NCBI RefSeq assembly: GCF_963506605.1
Contig: NC_083279.1
Location: 101,308,001 to 101,372,000, forward strand
Length of the DNA: 64,000 nt
Source of the DNA: Zootoca vivipara
Lineage: Eukaryota
Direction: 5' to 3'
Shown: positions 36,446 through 49,375 of the stretch, piece by piece
How positions within the stretch are numbered: the stretch's first letter is position 1
Layout: each line of letters opens with the position of its first letter
The notes under the pieces: model-generated
Seen by the model: only the letters and a program-made list of their open reading frames with translations
Told to the model about the DNA's origin: nothing
Database searches by the model: none
Translations under genes and position numbers: made by a program

Positions 36446-38085
36446 GGTGAGTGATCAAGTTCTCCAGTTCAGCAGCACCTGGATGGACATAAGGGAGGAA
36501 AAGGCCTCATCATCAACATGGGAGCTTCATAAAATCATGGGAATGTAGAGTTCTGCGGGATCCCAAGGGCCATCTAGTCCAACCCCCTGCAAGCAGACAT
36601 CAGAGCTAGGGCATCCAAACTCTCTTTCCAATGAAGGACGTCCATCACCTTCCAAGGGAATCCATTCCACTGTTGAACAGCTCTCACTGTTTACTCAGAA
36701 TCTCCTTCCATGCAATTTGAATCCATTGGTTTTGGTCGTGCTCTCTGGAGCAGCAGACACCAAGCTTGCTCCATCTTCCATGTGGCAGCCCTTCAGGTAT
36801 TTGAAGATGGCTCTCATATAATAATAATAAATATCACCTCTCTGTCTTTTATTATCCAGGTTAAACATACCCAGCTCCCTCAACCATTGTTCCTAAGACT
36901 TGGTTTCCAGACCCTTGAACACCTTGGTCACCCTCCTCTGCTCACTTTCCAGCCTGTCAAGATCCTTCTTAAAATGTGGTGCCAAGAACTGGACCCAGTA
37001 TTCCAGGTGTGGTCTGACCCAGGCAGAAGAGATAGAGTGGGACTATGACTTCCCTTGACCTGGACACTAGACTTCTGTGGATGCAGCCTAAAATAGCATT
37101 CGCTTTTTTGCTGCTGCCTCACACGGTGGACTCGTTTTACACTGGTGGTCTGCTAAACCGCCTAGATTCTTTTTCCATGTACTGCCTCAGTTGCTTAGGT
37201 TCTGCAGCTCCTTATTCTGCCAGATTTGTGGCATGTCTATATCATTCATTCATTCACTGCATTGATTGTTTTCTTTCTTAAATTCCATAGCCCACCTTTT
37301 GTACAACAAGAAAAGGTAATGAACCCACAAGGTGACATGCATTAAGGCCTCATCCCGGCTCCCTTTTGTGCTGAGCTTCCCAGGTACAATTCTGCTCTTC
37401 CAAGCTCCATGTCTAAGTGGGGGTGGCTGTTTTTTGTCCTGGTGCTTTCAATGGGAAAAGCCATGCTTTACCAGTGAATCAGAGGAAACAGCAATCCATT
37501 TGCTTTGATTCAGCAGTGAAACACAAGTTTTTCTTGGGGGAGGGGGGGGGGAAGCCAGGACACACGAGAAGAAACCTTGCTCAGACATGGAATTTTAAAA
37601 CCTGGGCCTGGATAAAATCTGGATAAGCCCTAATCCTGAAGCATCTCAATGCACCCTCTTTTTAAAATCCCAGTAAATAATGGGCACCAACAGACATTCC
37701 AGAAGCCGCTCTGGAAGGGGAGGCAGAAGATCTGCTCTGCTCCGCAGGAATTTGGAGGAGCCTTGTCCCTGAGCTCCATCATCTTGGGAGAAGCCGGGGG
37801 GGGGGAATCATTTCTAGCTGGGGCAGCAGGTACACAGGATTCATTATTATTTTTTAAGAAAGTGGGCACACCTGGCCCATTTGACCCCCTACCTGCCACT
37901 TGAAACACTCCAGGTTCTCTATTATGGCAATTCTGGGCTCGTCTACACTTCTGCTTGTCCTGTGTCTCGAAAGCCCAGGTCAGAGTGGATGAGCCCTGAA
38001 TCCTGGATCAATATCCCCGAAACCAGAAGGCAGTTTGTGGCAACCTTCTCTGATGAAGAACAAGTTCCACCTGGAGCATAAAAAG

Positions 38086-38199
38086 ACCCACCTGGATGGA
38101 AGCGTTTTAGTCTCTGCTGGCAGCCAGGAGAAAGATCCAGTCATGTCAGAGGCTCAGCTGCGTAAAGATTTATGCTGCTTCCTTGAGAATCCCTGGAGA
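38086..38199 (-). promoter_or_regulatory. Putative promoter and non-coding exon 1 of the OR51 at 35501-36445
   Basis: EBF (O/E)-like TCCCTGGAGA 38190-38199, CATAAA 38169-38174, donor CAG/GTGGGT 38086-38094; conserved in paralogous blocks. Confidence 0.55.
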
Positions 38200-38635
38200 G
38201 GAAGGAGAGATGCGGGGCCACCAAGGGGCACTAAGTCAAGGGAGGCATTTCTGCAGTGCACAGAACTAGTGCTGAGCACCATCCGCCCTCAGCAAACTAG
38301 GTCACAGCAGCTGCAACGGTGCAATTACTGAGTTCCACAGTCTTACCTGTATATTTTAAGCACTGGCTATGTGAAGTGACTAATTAGCTGCAATAGTATA
38401 TTGATGGTTGCACCAAGAGAAATATGAATGTTGATTTTGTTTATAAGGAAACCCCTGGTGGATCAGGCCAGTGGCCCATCTAGACCAACATCCTGCTCTC
38501 ACAGGAGCCAACCAAGATGCCCCAATGAGCAACCCTCAAGCAGGACCTGAACACGAGCCACTCTCCCCACCTGTGACGTCCAACCTTTGGTGTTCAGATG
38601 CACACCGCCTCTGACAATGGAAATAGGAGGTAAAC

Positions 38636-39125
38636 GGTAAAGGTAAAGGAGCCCTGGACAGTTGTTGTTTAGTCGTTTAGTCATGTCCGACTCTTCGTTA
38701 CCCCATGGACCAGAGCACGCCAGGCACTCCTGTCTTGCACTGCCTCCTCATGTTCGTAGTCCAGTCAACTCATGTTCGTAGTCCAGTCAAAGGTGACTAT
38801 GGGGTTGCAGCACTCATCTCGCTTTCAGGCCGAGGGAGCCAGTGTTTGTCCACAGACAGCTTTCCAGGTCATGTGACCAGCAAGACTAAACCGCTTCTGG
38901 TGCAACGGGACACTGTGACGGAAGCCAGAGTGCACGGAAACGCCATTTACCTTCCCACCACAGTGGTACCTATTTATCTACTTGAACTGGTGTGCTTTTG
39001 AACTGCTAGGTTGGCAGGAGCTGGGACAGAGCAACGGGAGCTCACCACCATCGAGTGGATTCGAATCGCTGACCTTCCAATCAACAAGCCCAAGAGGCTT
39101 TAGACCACAGCGCCACCTGCATCCC
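38636..39125 (-). mobile_element. Sauria SINE with nested BovB-type 3' end
   Basis: ggtaaaggtaaagg tail, cacagcgccacc head; gtttagtcgtttagtcatgtccgactc insert at about 38662-38755. Confidence 0.8.
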
Positions 39126-39618
39126 ATGTAGCATAGCCATCATGATTCAGCATAACCAGTTCTGATGACCCTCAGGGTCCCTTCCAATTCCACAATTCCA
39201 AGAATGAACAGACTGTTTGGTTTCCGAGGAAGATGAATCTGAAGACTACTTGGACATAGACTTCAGTGTGCTTCCTAGACTGAAAACCAGAAGAGAAGCC
39301 TGAGTGAGGCCACCTTCTTCTCTCTGGTAACATAGACTGGAATGAATGTGTGGTGCTACTGAGCTAGCTATGACTAATAACCAGGATAGCCATGTTTCCC
39401 TTCACGGTCGGAAGCAGCGTGAGCTACAGAGTGAGCTCCTCTCCAGTATTATTCTGTCATAACATTGTGCATCATAATTTAAGATGAAGTGGGCTACTCA
39501 GGAAGAAGCTACTCTTGTCTCTGGGTGTGCATCTGTTTGTGAGCACCTCCCCCCATGGACAAACAAGGTCACAGCAGCTGCAACAGTGAGATTACAAAGT
39601 TGCACTCTCAAATCTATA

Positions 39619-39863
39619 CAGTGGACGCTTGGGTTGCTAACGTGATCCGTGCGGGAGTCATGTTCGCAACCCGCAGTGCCGCGTCTGCAAACTCGCAGGT
39701 TGAGATTCGGCGCTTCTGCGCAGGCACAAAGCACGATTTAGCGCTTCTGCGCATGCGCAAGTGCCGAAACTCAGAAGTAACCCATTCTGGTACTTCCGGC
39801 TTCGGCACAGTGCGCAACCTGAAAATGCGCAACCTGAAGCATCTGTAAACCGAGGTATAACTG
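39619..39863. mobile_element. Tc1/mariner-type MITE
   Basis: TA-cagtggacgcttggg...cgaggtataactg-TA; interrupts a sequence that is contiguous in the paralogous block near 38345. Confidence 0.75.
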
Positions 39864-41556
39864 TATATTTTAAGCATTGTTTACATGAGGTGGCTAGTTA
39901 GATGCAGCACTCTGGGATGTATTCATGGTAGCGCTAAGAGAAATAATAATATGGATTTTATTTATTTGTCTGTTTTGTTTATGAATTGCTTCCTATGAAT
40001 AATCTTGAAATGATTTCACACAGATATATTTCACATACATAGAGAAGCTGTAAAAACACCCATGCATTTAAATAAAATGAACATAATTCTATATACCAAA
40101 AGATTTTCAAATCTTATGCAGATACCGATTGGGAGAAAAATCTCTATCTTGAAGGCTTGTTGGAAGAAGAAAGTCTTCAACAGGTGCAAACACACACACA
40201 CACACACACGATGTCATGTGTGTCTCGAGAGGCATTCCAGTGGGCAGGGCCACCACAAAGAAGGCCTGATTCAGATCTTAAATGGAACAGAAAAGGTATC
40301 TCCGGCTACAGAGTGTTGTGATGGGATGATATAATCTTTTAGGTATACTGGTCCCAAGCTGTGCAGGGTTTGTACAGCACTACCAATGCTTGGTAAGTTT
40401 GCCTGGTAAGAGGAGAACAGAAGAGCATCTCCATCGCATCAGGCCAGTGGTCCATCTAGTCCTGCATCCTGTTCTCATGGTGGCCAAGCTGATGCCCCCA
40501 AGAGAGCACAACTGCCCTCTCCACTCCTGCAATTCATGTATTCAGGAGCATACGGCCTCTGACAGTGCATGAAGGACATACAGTAGCCCTCGTGATTCAG
40601 GTGTGAGAACACAGGTAGGAGGGTGTTCAGTGGAAATGGGCCTGAAGACCAGTTGGGCTTGGACTTCACTGTGCTCACTGGACTGAGAATCAGAAGAAGA
40701 AATTCATAAAACTGCATCATTTTGATGATTTCATTTTCTTTTGAGTCTAGCTAAACTGAACAAGTCTGTGCCTGGCTACCTTTTACAACACAGAACCAGT
40801 TGCTTTCAGGTACTGTATGTGGTGAAAGTTCTTCCCAGAACACTGAAAAGAACAAACTTTTAGCATCTATGGTGTCCTTTGTATGCATGAAAAGAGAACC
40901 GGCTAGGCATGGTGATTGGGACTCACCTTGAATTTTTTTGTAGATCGATGAAAGAGGATATTGGGAGACATTGAATGAATAGGAAAATTAGTCAGTTTTA
41001 ATAAAAAGACCACAATGAAAAAAGATTATATATAATCATTATGATGAGAGCTGATCTGAATTGCTAAATGATTCTGAATGGTTTGGGGTGATGGCGTTGA
41101 GGTGCAACTGCTAAGATTGCTGTGATCCTTTAAGTAGTGAATAGAAACCATGTGTTTGATCTGGAAATGTACAAGAAACATTGGTTTACATGTGGTTCTC
41201 TGAAGCCTCCTTATATTTGTCTCTCTCTCTGTGTGTGCATTTGTATTTTCACTCGGTGCCTGCATCTTTTCCCCCTGACTTTCTAGGAGAGAGACCTCCA
41301 GTCTAGAAACCCCTTTTAAATTTATCCAAAACTACAGACCATCTTCCTCTATGGTACTATTCTGCCATTACTTGATGCATCATAATTGAAGACGGGACGG
41401 AGAGCTAATGAAGAAGCTACTCTGTCTGTGTCTGCATCTGTTTCTGTGTTTAAAAAGTTCACATGTACAACCAGATGGTCGCCCAATTTCTCTCTTCTGA
41501 ACTTGAGAAGGCATAAACACTCTGGGAGATGTTGGTACACGCTTTGCCAATTCAGA

Positions 41557-42504
41557 TCAGAACTTCTTATGAGAAAAAAGCCTGCCCAGGGCTCTGCGGA
41601 TCTCTTTGGTTTGGATGCTGTAGATGATGGGGTTCAGAATCGGAGGAACCAGGAGGTAGATGTTGGCCATCAGTGAGGGCAGCATCGGGGAATTGTGCTT
41701 GCCAAACCTGTGTGCCACGGACACACCGATCATTGGGGTGTAATAGAGCACAACGGCACAGATGTGGGAGACGCAGGTGTTCAGGGCCTTGAGGCGGCCT
41801 TCCTTCGAGGCCATGCTCACCACGGTCTTGAGGATCATCATGTAGGACAAGACGATGCACAAGGAATCAAGGCCAAATGTGGAAACTACAAAAAACAGGC
41901 CATAGAAGCTGTTGACAGTGGTGTCCGCACAAGGGAGATGGATCAAATTGGGGTGCAGACAGTAAGGGTGAGCAAGGGTGGTAGACTTGCAAAATGGCAG
42001 CCTCCTTAGGAGGAGAGGCATTGGGACCATCAGGAGAACACTCCTCAAGGCAATCCCAGATCCCAACAAAATGATCCTAAGGTTTGTCAGGATGGTGGTG
42101 TATTGCAGGGGGTTGTAAATGGCTATGAAGCGGTCCAGGGCCATCGCCCAGAGGACCCCTGAGTCCATACAGGAGAAGCAATGGATGAAGAACATCTGGC
42201 TGAGGCACGCATCCAGCCCAATCTCCTTGGCATCAAACAGGAAGACTCCCAGCACTGTGGGGAGGGTAGAGATGGAGACCCCCAGCTCACTCACAGCCAG
42301 CATGCAGAGGAAGAGGTACATGGGCTTATTATGTAAGGTCTGATCCTTCATGATCACAAGGAGAACAATGCCATTCCCCAAGACAGCAATGACGTAGACA
42401 AAGCAGAAAGAGAAGGAGACCCAGTTATTTCTGTTCTCTAGTCCTGGGATGCCAGTAAGGACGAATGTGGGATGGAAGATGCTTTGGTTATTTTGTGGTC
42501 CCAT
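41557..42504 (-). CDS. Class I olfactory receptor, OR51 family (315 aa)
   Basis: Paralogue of 35501-36445; start MGPQNNQS follows the acceptor at 42538-42539. Confidence 0.95.
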   Translation of the reverse strand: MGPQNNQSIFHPTFVLTGIPGLENRNNWVSFSFCFVYVIAVLGNGIVLLVIMKDQTLHNKPMYLFLCMLAVSELGVSISTLPTVLGVFLFDAKEIGLDACLSQMFFIHCFSCMDSGVLWAMALDRFIAIYNPLQYTTILTNLRIILLGSGIALRSVLLMVPMPLLLRRLPFCKSTTLAHPYCLHPNLIHLPCADTTVNSFYGLFFVVSTFGLDSLCIVLSYMMILKTVVSMASKEGRLKALNTCVSHICAVVLYYTPMIGVSVAHRFGKHNSPMLPSLMANIYLLVPPILNPIIYSIQTKEIRRALGRLFSHKKF

Positions 42505-42767
42505 GGTGAGTGATTGGGCTCCCCCATTCAGTAGCACCTGGATGGACATAATCAGGAAAGAAAAAGGCACCGTCATCAACATGGAGCCTTGATTGTTTTG
42601 GTTCTGCATTCCCAAATGCCATCTATATTGGTGGCCCGGGCTATAATTAAAATCAAATTATAATTATAATCTGCTTGTGTTCATTAAATTATGCAACATA
42701 TCTTTTGGTCAGCAAAAAGGTGAAAGATCCCTCAAGGGGACACCTTTGAATACTGAAACATCACAAT

Positions 42768-42813
<46 letters not shown>

Positions 42814-42818
<5 letters not shown>

Positions 42819-43054
42819 GTACCTCTACTTACGAATTTAATGCGTTCCGAATGCACATTCGTAAGTCGAAAAAATGTGTAAGTCGAATCCCATTGGAATG
42901 CATTGGGAGAAAAAAATTCGTAAGTAGAAGCAAACCTATCTAAAAATTCGTAAGTAGAAAAAATCCTATCTAAACTGCATCCAAGATGGCGGACGGAACT
43001 CCATTCGTAAGTAGAAATATTCGTAAGTGGAGTTATTCATAAGTAGAGGTACCA

Positions 43055-43057
<3 letters not shown>
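42814..43057. mobile_element. Tc1/mariner MITE flanked by (TA)n
   Basis: TIRs agtggtacctctactta / taagtagaggtaccact; internal ttcgtaagt repeats. Confidence 0.85.
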
Positions 43058-43104
<47 letters not shown>

Positions 43105-43308
43105 TGCCATATATTTGGGCAAGTTGTTTGTTTGTTTGTTACGCATTTGGAAAGCTCTTTGTCTATCCTAACCAAATTTGGCAGGATGCTTTCTGAGATA
43201 AAGGAACAGTTTTTCATCTACTTTTGGTCACAAGGAGATGCCATTTTAAATCAAGATGGTGGACTAAGGCTTCCAAAACTGCCCTGATTCAACCACTGCT
43301 CTGTTATA

Positions 43309-43492
43309 CAGTCATACCTCAGTTTGAGTACGCCTCGGTTTGAGTACTTTCAGTTTAAGTACTCCGTGGACCCATCTGGAACAGATTAATCCACTTGCCA
43401 TTACTTTCAATGGGAAAGTTCACTTCAGGTTAAGTACGCCTCAGGTTAAGTACAGACTTCCGGAACCAATTGTGTAAACCGAGGTCCCACTG
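43309..43492. mobile_element. Tc1/mariner MITE
   Basis: TA-cagtcatacctc...gaggtcccactg-TA. Confidence 0.7.
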
Positions 43493-43894
43493 TATATCCC
43501 CTTCTGGACTTGCTCTGGACATCAGAACAGTCTGTGAACACAGCCATGTCTGCATTGCACAGGGAATGTCTGACGCTTCACCCAACTGTGTACAAACACT
43601 ATAGCTCTCAAGCACATTCTTCCCCTCCAAGAATTCTGGGCCCTCACAGTCTTACCATTCCCAGCAACCCTTTCCAAACCACAGCACCTTCCGGATACCT
43701 TGGACTACATCTCCCATCAGCCACAGTGAATCATGTGCTGCTATCTGGAACAGAATCTGCAAATAGAAGGACATCTCCCTGCTGACCGTGATGCTACTGA
43801 TGGTGCAAAACATCTTGGGGGGACCAGATTCGGGGGAAACTGTTCTATGCAAATAGAACGATATTGAAGCAAGCAAATAAATGGACAGCTCAGA

Positions 43895-44765
43895 TTGAGA
43901 TTGAATCCTGACAAGACAGAAGTACTGTTTGTGGGGGGCAGGAGGCGGGCAGGTGTGGAGGACTCCCTGGTTCTGAATGGGGTAACTGTGCCCCTGAAGG
44001 ACCAGGTGCGCAGCCTGGGAGTCATTTTGGACTCACAGCTGTCCATGGAGGCGCAGGTCAATTCTGTATCCAGGGCAGCTGTCTTCCAGCTCCATCTGGT
44101 ACGCAGGCTGAGACCCTACCTGCCCGCAGACTGTCTCACCAGAGTGGTGCATGCTCTGGTTATCTCCCGCTTGGACTACCGGTACTGCAATGCGCTCTAC
44201 GTGGGGCTACCTTTGAAGGTGACCCGGAAACTACAACTAATCCAGAATGCGGCAGCTAGACTGGTGACTGGGAGCGGCCGCCGAGACCACATAACACCGG
44301 TCCTGAAAGACCTACATTGGCTCCCAGTACGTTTCCGAGCACAATTCAAAGTGTTGGTGTTGACCTTTAAAGCCCTAAGCAGCCTCGGTCCTGTATACCT
44401 GAAGGAGCGTCTCCACCCCCATCGTTCTGCCCGGACACTGAGGTCCAGCTCCGAGGGCCTTCTGGCGGTTCCCTCATTACGAGAAGCCAAGTTACAGGGA
44501 ACCAGGCAGAGGGCCTTCTCGGTAGTGGCACCCACCCTGTGGAATGCCCTCCCACTAGAGGTCAAAGAGAACAACAATTACCAGACCTTTAGAAGGCATC
44601 TCAAGGCAGCCCTGTTTAGGGAAGCTTTTAATGTTTGATGGATTTCTGTATTTTAATGTTTGATGGATCTCTGTATTTTAGAATTTCTGTTTTGTTGGAA
44701 GCCGCCCAGAGTGGCTGGGGGAACCCGGCCAGATGGGCGGGGTATAAATAATAAATTATTATTAT
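43895..44765 (+). mobile_element. L2 LINE 3' portion (young, open frame)
   Basis: RLNPDKTEV, LVISRLDY, QNAAARLV, HITPVLKDLHWLPV; (TTA)n tail. Confidence 0.92.
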
Positions 44766-45733
44766 TAAATTATTACTAACAGAGTCGGTGTACACACCAG
44801 AGTGTACACTCTGTGCATGGTGGCCACTCAGATCGATTTTTTGCATGCTCATCCACAGATGAGTACCTTCAATTGATACTAAAATGAAGAAGAAAAATGC
44901 CCAAACAATGCATTTTGGTTCCTCCCTATCTCGTCCTTGAGCCTGAGCTTCCACAGCCAAGACCCACCTTGGGCATGATGGGCAGCAACAACAGCAGGCA
45001 TGTCCTATTTCATTCTTTTGCTAATAATGCTCTTTTAAATGTGCACTCTTATGTTTGACTTCCTTTAGTGACATTCCATTTTGATTTTTTTAAGATAAAA
45101 CTTTTGTTTCCAGTTAAATATGCTGCTTTGAATGTATTCTTGACTTCCTCCTGGGTTGTTTTATTTGATCTTTTAATTTAGGTTGTAAAGCACTTTGAGA
45201 TTTTCTTTTTCCTGAAAGTATAAAGCGGTGTGGATATGAAATAAGTTATCATCATAATAATATCCCTGCAGTGTTGAGAGGAAGCAATGGGGTGACCTGG
45301 TCAGGCCTTGCAATGGCTCCCATGTTTCCCAATTCATCCAGCGAGTCCCTGGCTCCGTCTCGCCTCTCTTCTTGCCTGGTTCCACCTGAAGTCTTTCTGT
45401 GGCAGCAGGTGAGCATCTAAGGCCACTGGTGCAGGTGAACAGAACAGAACAGAACAGAACCACCTCCCCATGGAAAGCAAGCATGCCAGGGATAAGGGCA
45501 CCTTCTCCACAACTTGCTAGATTTCCACATATCAGGATTTGTTTGTTTTAAGGACTCTGGACTCTGACTCATTTGATCCTCCACCTGCCCTCTCAAATGC
45601 TTCGCATAGCCATACCTCAGCAACACTCTCCATTACAGCAACTGGATCCTGGATCATTACCCCTAAAGCCAGAAGGGAACCTGTGACAAGCTTCTCTGAT
45701 GAAGAACCAAGTTCCGAAATGGAATATAGAAGG

Positions 45734-45847
45734 ACTCACCTGGACGGAAACACTTTGGTCTCTGCTGGTGGCCAGGAGAGAGATTCAATCCTGCCGGAGG
45801 TTCGGCTGCAGGAAGATTTATGCTGCTTTCCCAGGAATCCCTGGGGA
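45734..45847 (-). promoter_or_regulatory. Putative promoter and non-coding exon 1 of the OR51 at 41557-42504
   Basis: Consensus EBF palindrome TCCCTGGGGA 45838-45847, CATAAA 45817-45822, consensus donor CAG/GTGAGT 45734-45742. Confidence 0.6.
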
Positions 45848-47580
45848 GGGAGGAAACGAGACTTTCTTCCTGCAGCTCTCTGGGACTCCTGAGGAGACCC
45901 AAAGGAGACTCTTCCGCTGCAGTGGGCAGGGCAGGTGCTGAGCACCACCTTCCCCCAACAAACTAGGTGCCAGCAGCTGCAGCCTCACCAGCAGTAGCCA
46001 AGGCTGTGAACCAGCTCTGTGTGTTTCTGTGTGTGGCAAGACTGGAGGAGAGGAAAGCAAAGCAAAGCAGGCAGAAAGGTCATAAAAGAAGTGAACAAGA
46101 GTGGGATTCCAGCCTTTTATTGCCTGGCTTACACATATTATAAGGAGGGGTTATGTGAAGTGCTTAACTGACAGCAATACTTTACATTTAGTTACACGCA
46201 GGACACACACTTCATGCCGCCCTCTAGTCCATAGGCCTAAATGGGTCCTCCATGGCTCCCTATTGGGCCATGATGCTGAATAAGCCACCTGTCCATGTTT
46301 GACATCAGGTACAGGGCAGGTAAAGGTGCAGCTATGCCAAAAGGAGGCTTGACAGACACTGCTGATAGATCCCCTGTGCAAAGCCTCGCAGAGGCTCTTG
46401 TCGGCGCTCGCAAAATTATTATGACTATTAGTTTACACTCCCTTCTTCCTAAGGTCCCAGGATAAGTGAGAGCACTGAAACACAATATTTTAAAAAACAA
46501 ATTAAAACAACCTCCAGTTTCACATTTATTATGCTATTTTTGTGATATACAAATGACATGAGAAAACTTGGTGCTGTATACTTCTCTGTATAACATCATT
46601 CTTGTTCATAAAACCCAATACAGACAACAACAGCCCCCTCCAGTTCTTTTGCCTTTGCCTACACAGTCTGAGTTCACAATACAAGGGCAGAAGCAGGATG
46701 CCTGGTATCAACTGTGAGACATCTGGGGGTGGGGGTGGGAATGGAGAAGGAAGTGGCTCTGACTCTGAGATGGGCACCTTGGAAGGAAAAGCAGCAGCAC
46801 TGGGGTTGGTGTGTGTGGCTCACGAAAGGGAAAAAGAGAAGCCAGAGAGTTTGAACTAAGGCAGGAAGAAGCCCCAAATGGAACTGAGCATCAGAAAGTT
46901 AAGCCGGAGGAGTTGAGACGGGTGGCAGATTTGGGACAGGCAAGAGGGGTGCAAAATCCCTGGCGCTGAGTGTATTATTACCCCATTCCTCAGTTTAATT
47001 TAATGCAGAGACAGTGCAAAGCCTGTGAAGAAATTGACAACCATCGCATCTCGCCCAGCGATTAATCTTTTAGAATTAAAAACAAATTCTGAAGATGTGC
47101 CTAGCAACACATCTCAATTATTGGGACCAGAACCTGCAACACCTACAGAGAGGAAGGCCAAGAGAGCCCTGGCTTAACTCCTTTTGAATGACTTTAGGGA
47201 TGCAACATAAGAGGTCTTTGGGACATTGTCAAAGATATGGGGGAAGTATTATTATTAAATTTAGATACCACCCTACACCCGCAGGTCTGAGTACCGTAGA
47301 TGCTCGGAAGTTGATGTTTCCACAGAGTCAGGCCATGTGACCCAATGCGCAGACCCTCTGCAGAACACTCCTTTCTAGTACCATTTCACAATGGCATGAT
47401 GCATAACAAGTAAAGAATATAAATACGAGCTTGTAAAGAATCTACTCTGTGTGTGCATGTGCTTTAAAAAATGCCAATGGCTTCTAAATGGGAGGAAAAC
47501 CAAATGGTCACTCAACTTCCTTCTGCTGAGCTTGAGAAGCCATAAAGGCTCTTGAGGATATCACAACACACTTTAACACT

Positions 47581-48528
47581 TCAGATCAGTCTCTGTTGAG
47601 ACAAAAACCTTCCAAAGGCCTTGCGGATCTCTTTGGTTTTGATACTGTAGATGATGGGGTTCAGAATTGGAGGAACCAGGAGATAGATGTTGGCCATCAG
47701 AGAGTGCAGCATTGGAGAATTATGCCTGCCAAACCTGTGCGCCATGGAAACACCGATCATTGGGGTGTAATAGAGCACGACAGCACAGATGTGGGAGACG
47801 CAGGTGTTCAGGGCCTTGAGACGGCCTTTCTTGGAGGCCATGCTCAGCACGGTCTTGAGAATCATCACGTAGGAGAAGACGATGCACAAGGAATCGAGGC
47901 CAAATGTGGAGAGCACAACAAACAGACCAGTTTGGTTATTGATGGTTGTGTCTGCACAGGGGAGCTGGATTAAATTGGGGTGCAGACAGTAAGGATGAGC
48001 AAGCACATTGGACCTGCAAAACGGCAGACTCCTCAGGAGAAGAGGCAGTGGGGTCATGAGGAGAACGCTTCTCATGGCAATCCCAGATCCCAACAAAATA
48101 ATCCTAACGTTTGTCAGGATGGTGGTGTATTGCAGAGGGTTGTAAATGGCTATGAAGCGGTCCAGGGCCATCGCCCAGAGGACCCCTGAGTCCATGATGG
48201 AGAAGGAGTGGATGAAGAACATCTGGCTGAGGCACGCATCCAGCCCAATCTCCCTGGCATCAAACAGGAAGACGCCCAGCACTGTGGGGAGGGTAGAGAT
48301 GGAGACCCCCAGCTCACTCACAGCCAGCATGCAGAGGAAGAGGTACATGGGCTTATGCAAGGTCTGATCCTTCACGATCACGAGGAGAACAATGCCATTC
48401 CCCAAGACAGCAACCGCATAGGCAAAGCAGACAGGGATGGAGACCCCGATAGATCTGGCCTGCAGTCCTGGGATGCCAGTGAGGAGGAATGTGGGGTGGA
48501 AGGTGCTTTGGTTACTGAACAGCTCCAT
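47581..48528 (-). CDS. Class I olfactory receptor, OR51 family (315 aa)
   Basis: Third intact paralogue with the same motifs; acceptor at 48562-48563. Confidence 0.95.
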   Translation of the reverse strand: MELFSNQSTFHPTFLLTGIPGLQARSIGVSIPVCFAYAVAVLGNGIVLLVIVKDQTLHKPMYLFLCMLAVSELGVSISTLPTVLGVFLFDAREIGLDACLSQMFFIHSFSIMDSGVLWAMALDRFIAIYNPLQYTTILTNVRIILLGSGIAMRSVLLMTPLPLLLRSLPFCRSNVLAHPYCLHPNLIQLPCADTTINNQTGLFVVLSTFGLDSLCIVFSYVMILKTVLSMASKKGRLKALNTCVSHICAVVLYYTPMIGVSMAHRFGRHNSPMLHSLMANIYLLVPPILNPIIYSIKTKEIRKAFGRFLSQQRLI

Positions 48529-49375
48529 GGTGAGGGATCAAGTTCTCCCATCTAGCCGCACCTGGATGGACATAAGGAAAGAAAAAGACACCACCATCCA
48601 CATGGGAGCCTTGCTTGCTTTGGTTCTGCATTCCCCTGTGATGTGGAATTGTTGGCGTGCCCCTACCGTTCATGAGCTATATTTATTCTGATCTTATTTA
48701 TCTGGTAGCTCACCTTTTGGCCACCAAAAGAAAAAAGTTAAAGAAGCCATACAGTGACAGCAATTAATATGGAAGCATCACAAAGAACTGTCTTTTTAAA
48801 AACTCAATAAATCTAGCACTTTTTTTTGGGGGGGGGGGAGTTGCTTGTTTGTTTGCTCTGCATTTTGACCCCTCTTAACATGTTTTAACCAAACTTTGCA
48901 GGATGGTTCCTGAGATTAAGGAGTGGGTTTTCCTCTATGGTTGAATACCATAGACCAAAGAGCTATCACAAGGAAGGTGGGGCAAGCTTGTTTTCTGCTG
49001 CTCCAGAAGGGAGGGCCTGAATCAATGAATTCAAATGACAAGGAAGGAGATTCAAACTAATACTTCGGAAGATGGTAGGAGCTGTTCAAGTGTGGAATGG
49101 ATGACCTCAAGAGGTGGTGGACTCTCCTTCATGGGAGGTTGAAAAGAACACCTTCTCCCCAACATACCAATTTTCTACATTTCAGAATATCTTTTAAGAG
49201 ATGGAGGACTTTGGGCACATTTGATCTTCCACCGGTCATCACAAATGCTTCAGAATGGCCACCTTTGACAATTATAAAATCATAGAATCATAGGCACCTG
49301 TAGTGGTGTCAATTCCACCAAGGCAAACTCGTAGATAAGCTGGTCCCAAGTTTAAAGAGGCTTAAAGAGAGAATA

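Noticed and set aside
42836-43045. Regularly spaced ttcgtaagt repeats resembling a CRISPR-like array
   Set aside because: Internal repeats of a TIR-bounded MITE in a vertebrate genome.
43895-44638. 247-aa ORF and the CR1/BovB ORFs as host genes
   Set aside because: 5'-truncated LINE reverse transcriptase remnants.
45691-45732. CTGATGA-A-GAAC-CAA-GTTC-C-GAAA hammerhead-like string in the OR51 upstream block
   Set aside because: The cleavage triplet and stem I cannot be formed together, and the paralogous copies lack GAAA.
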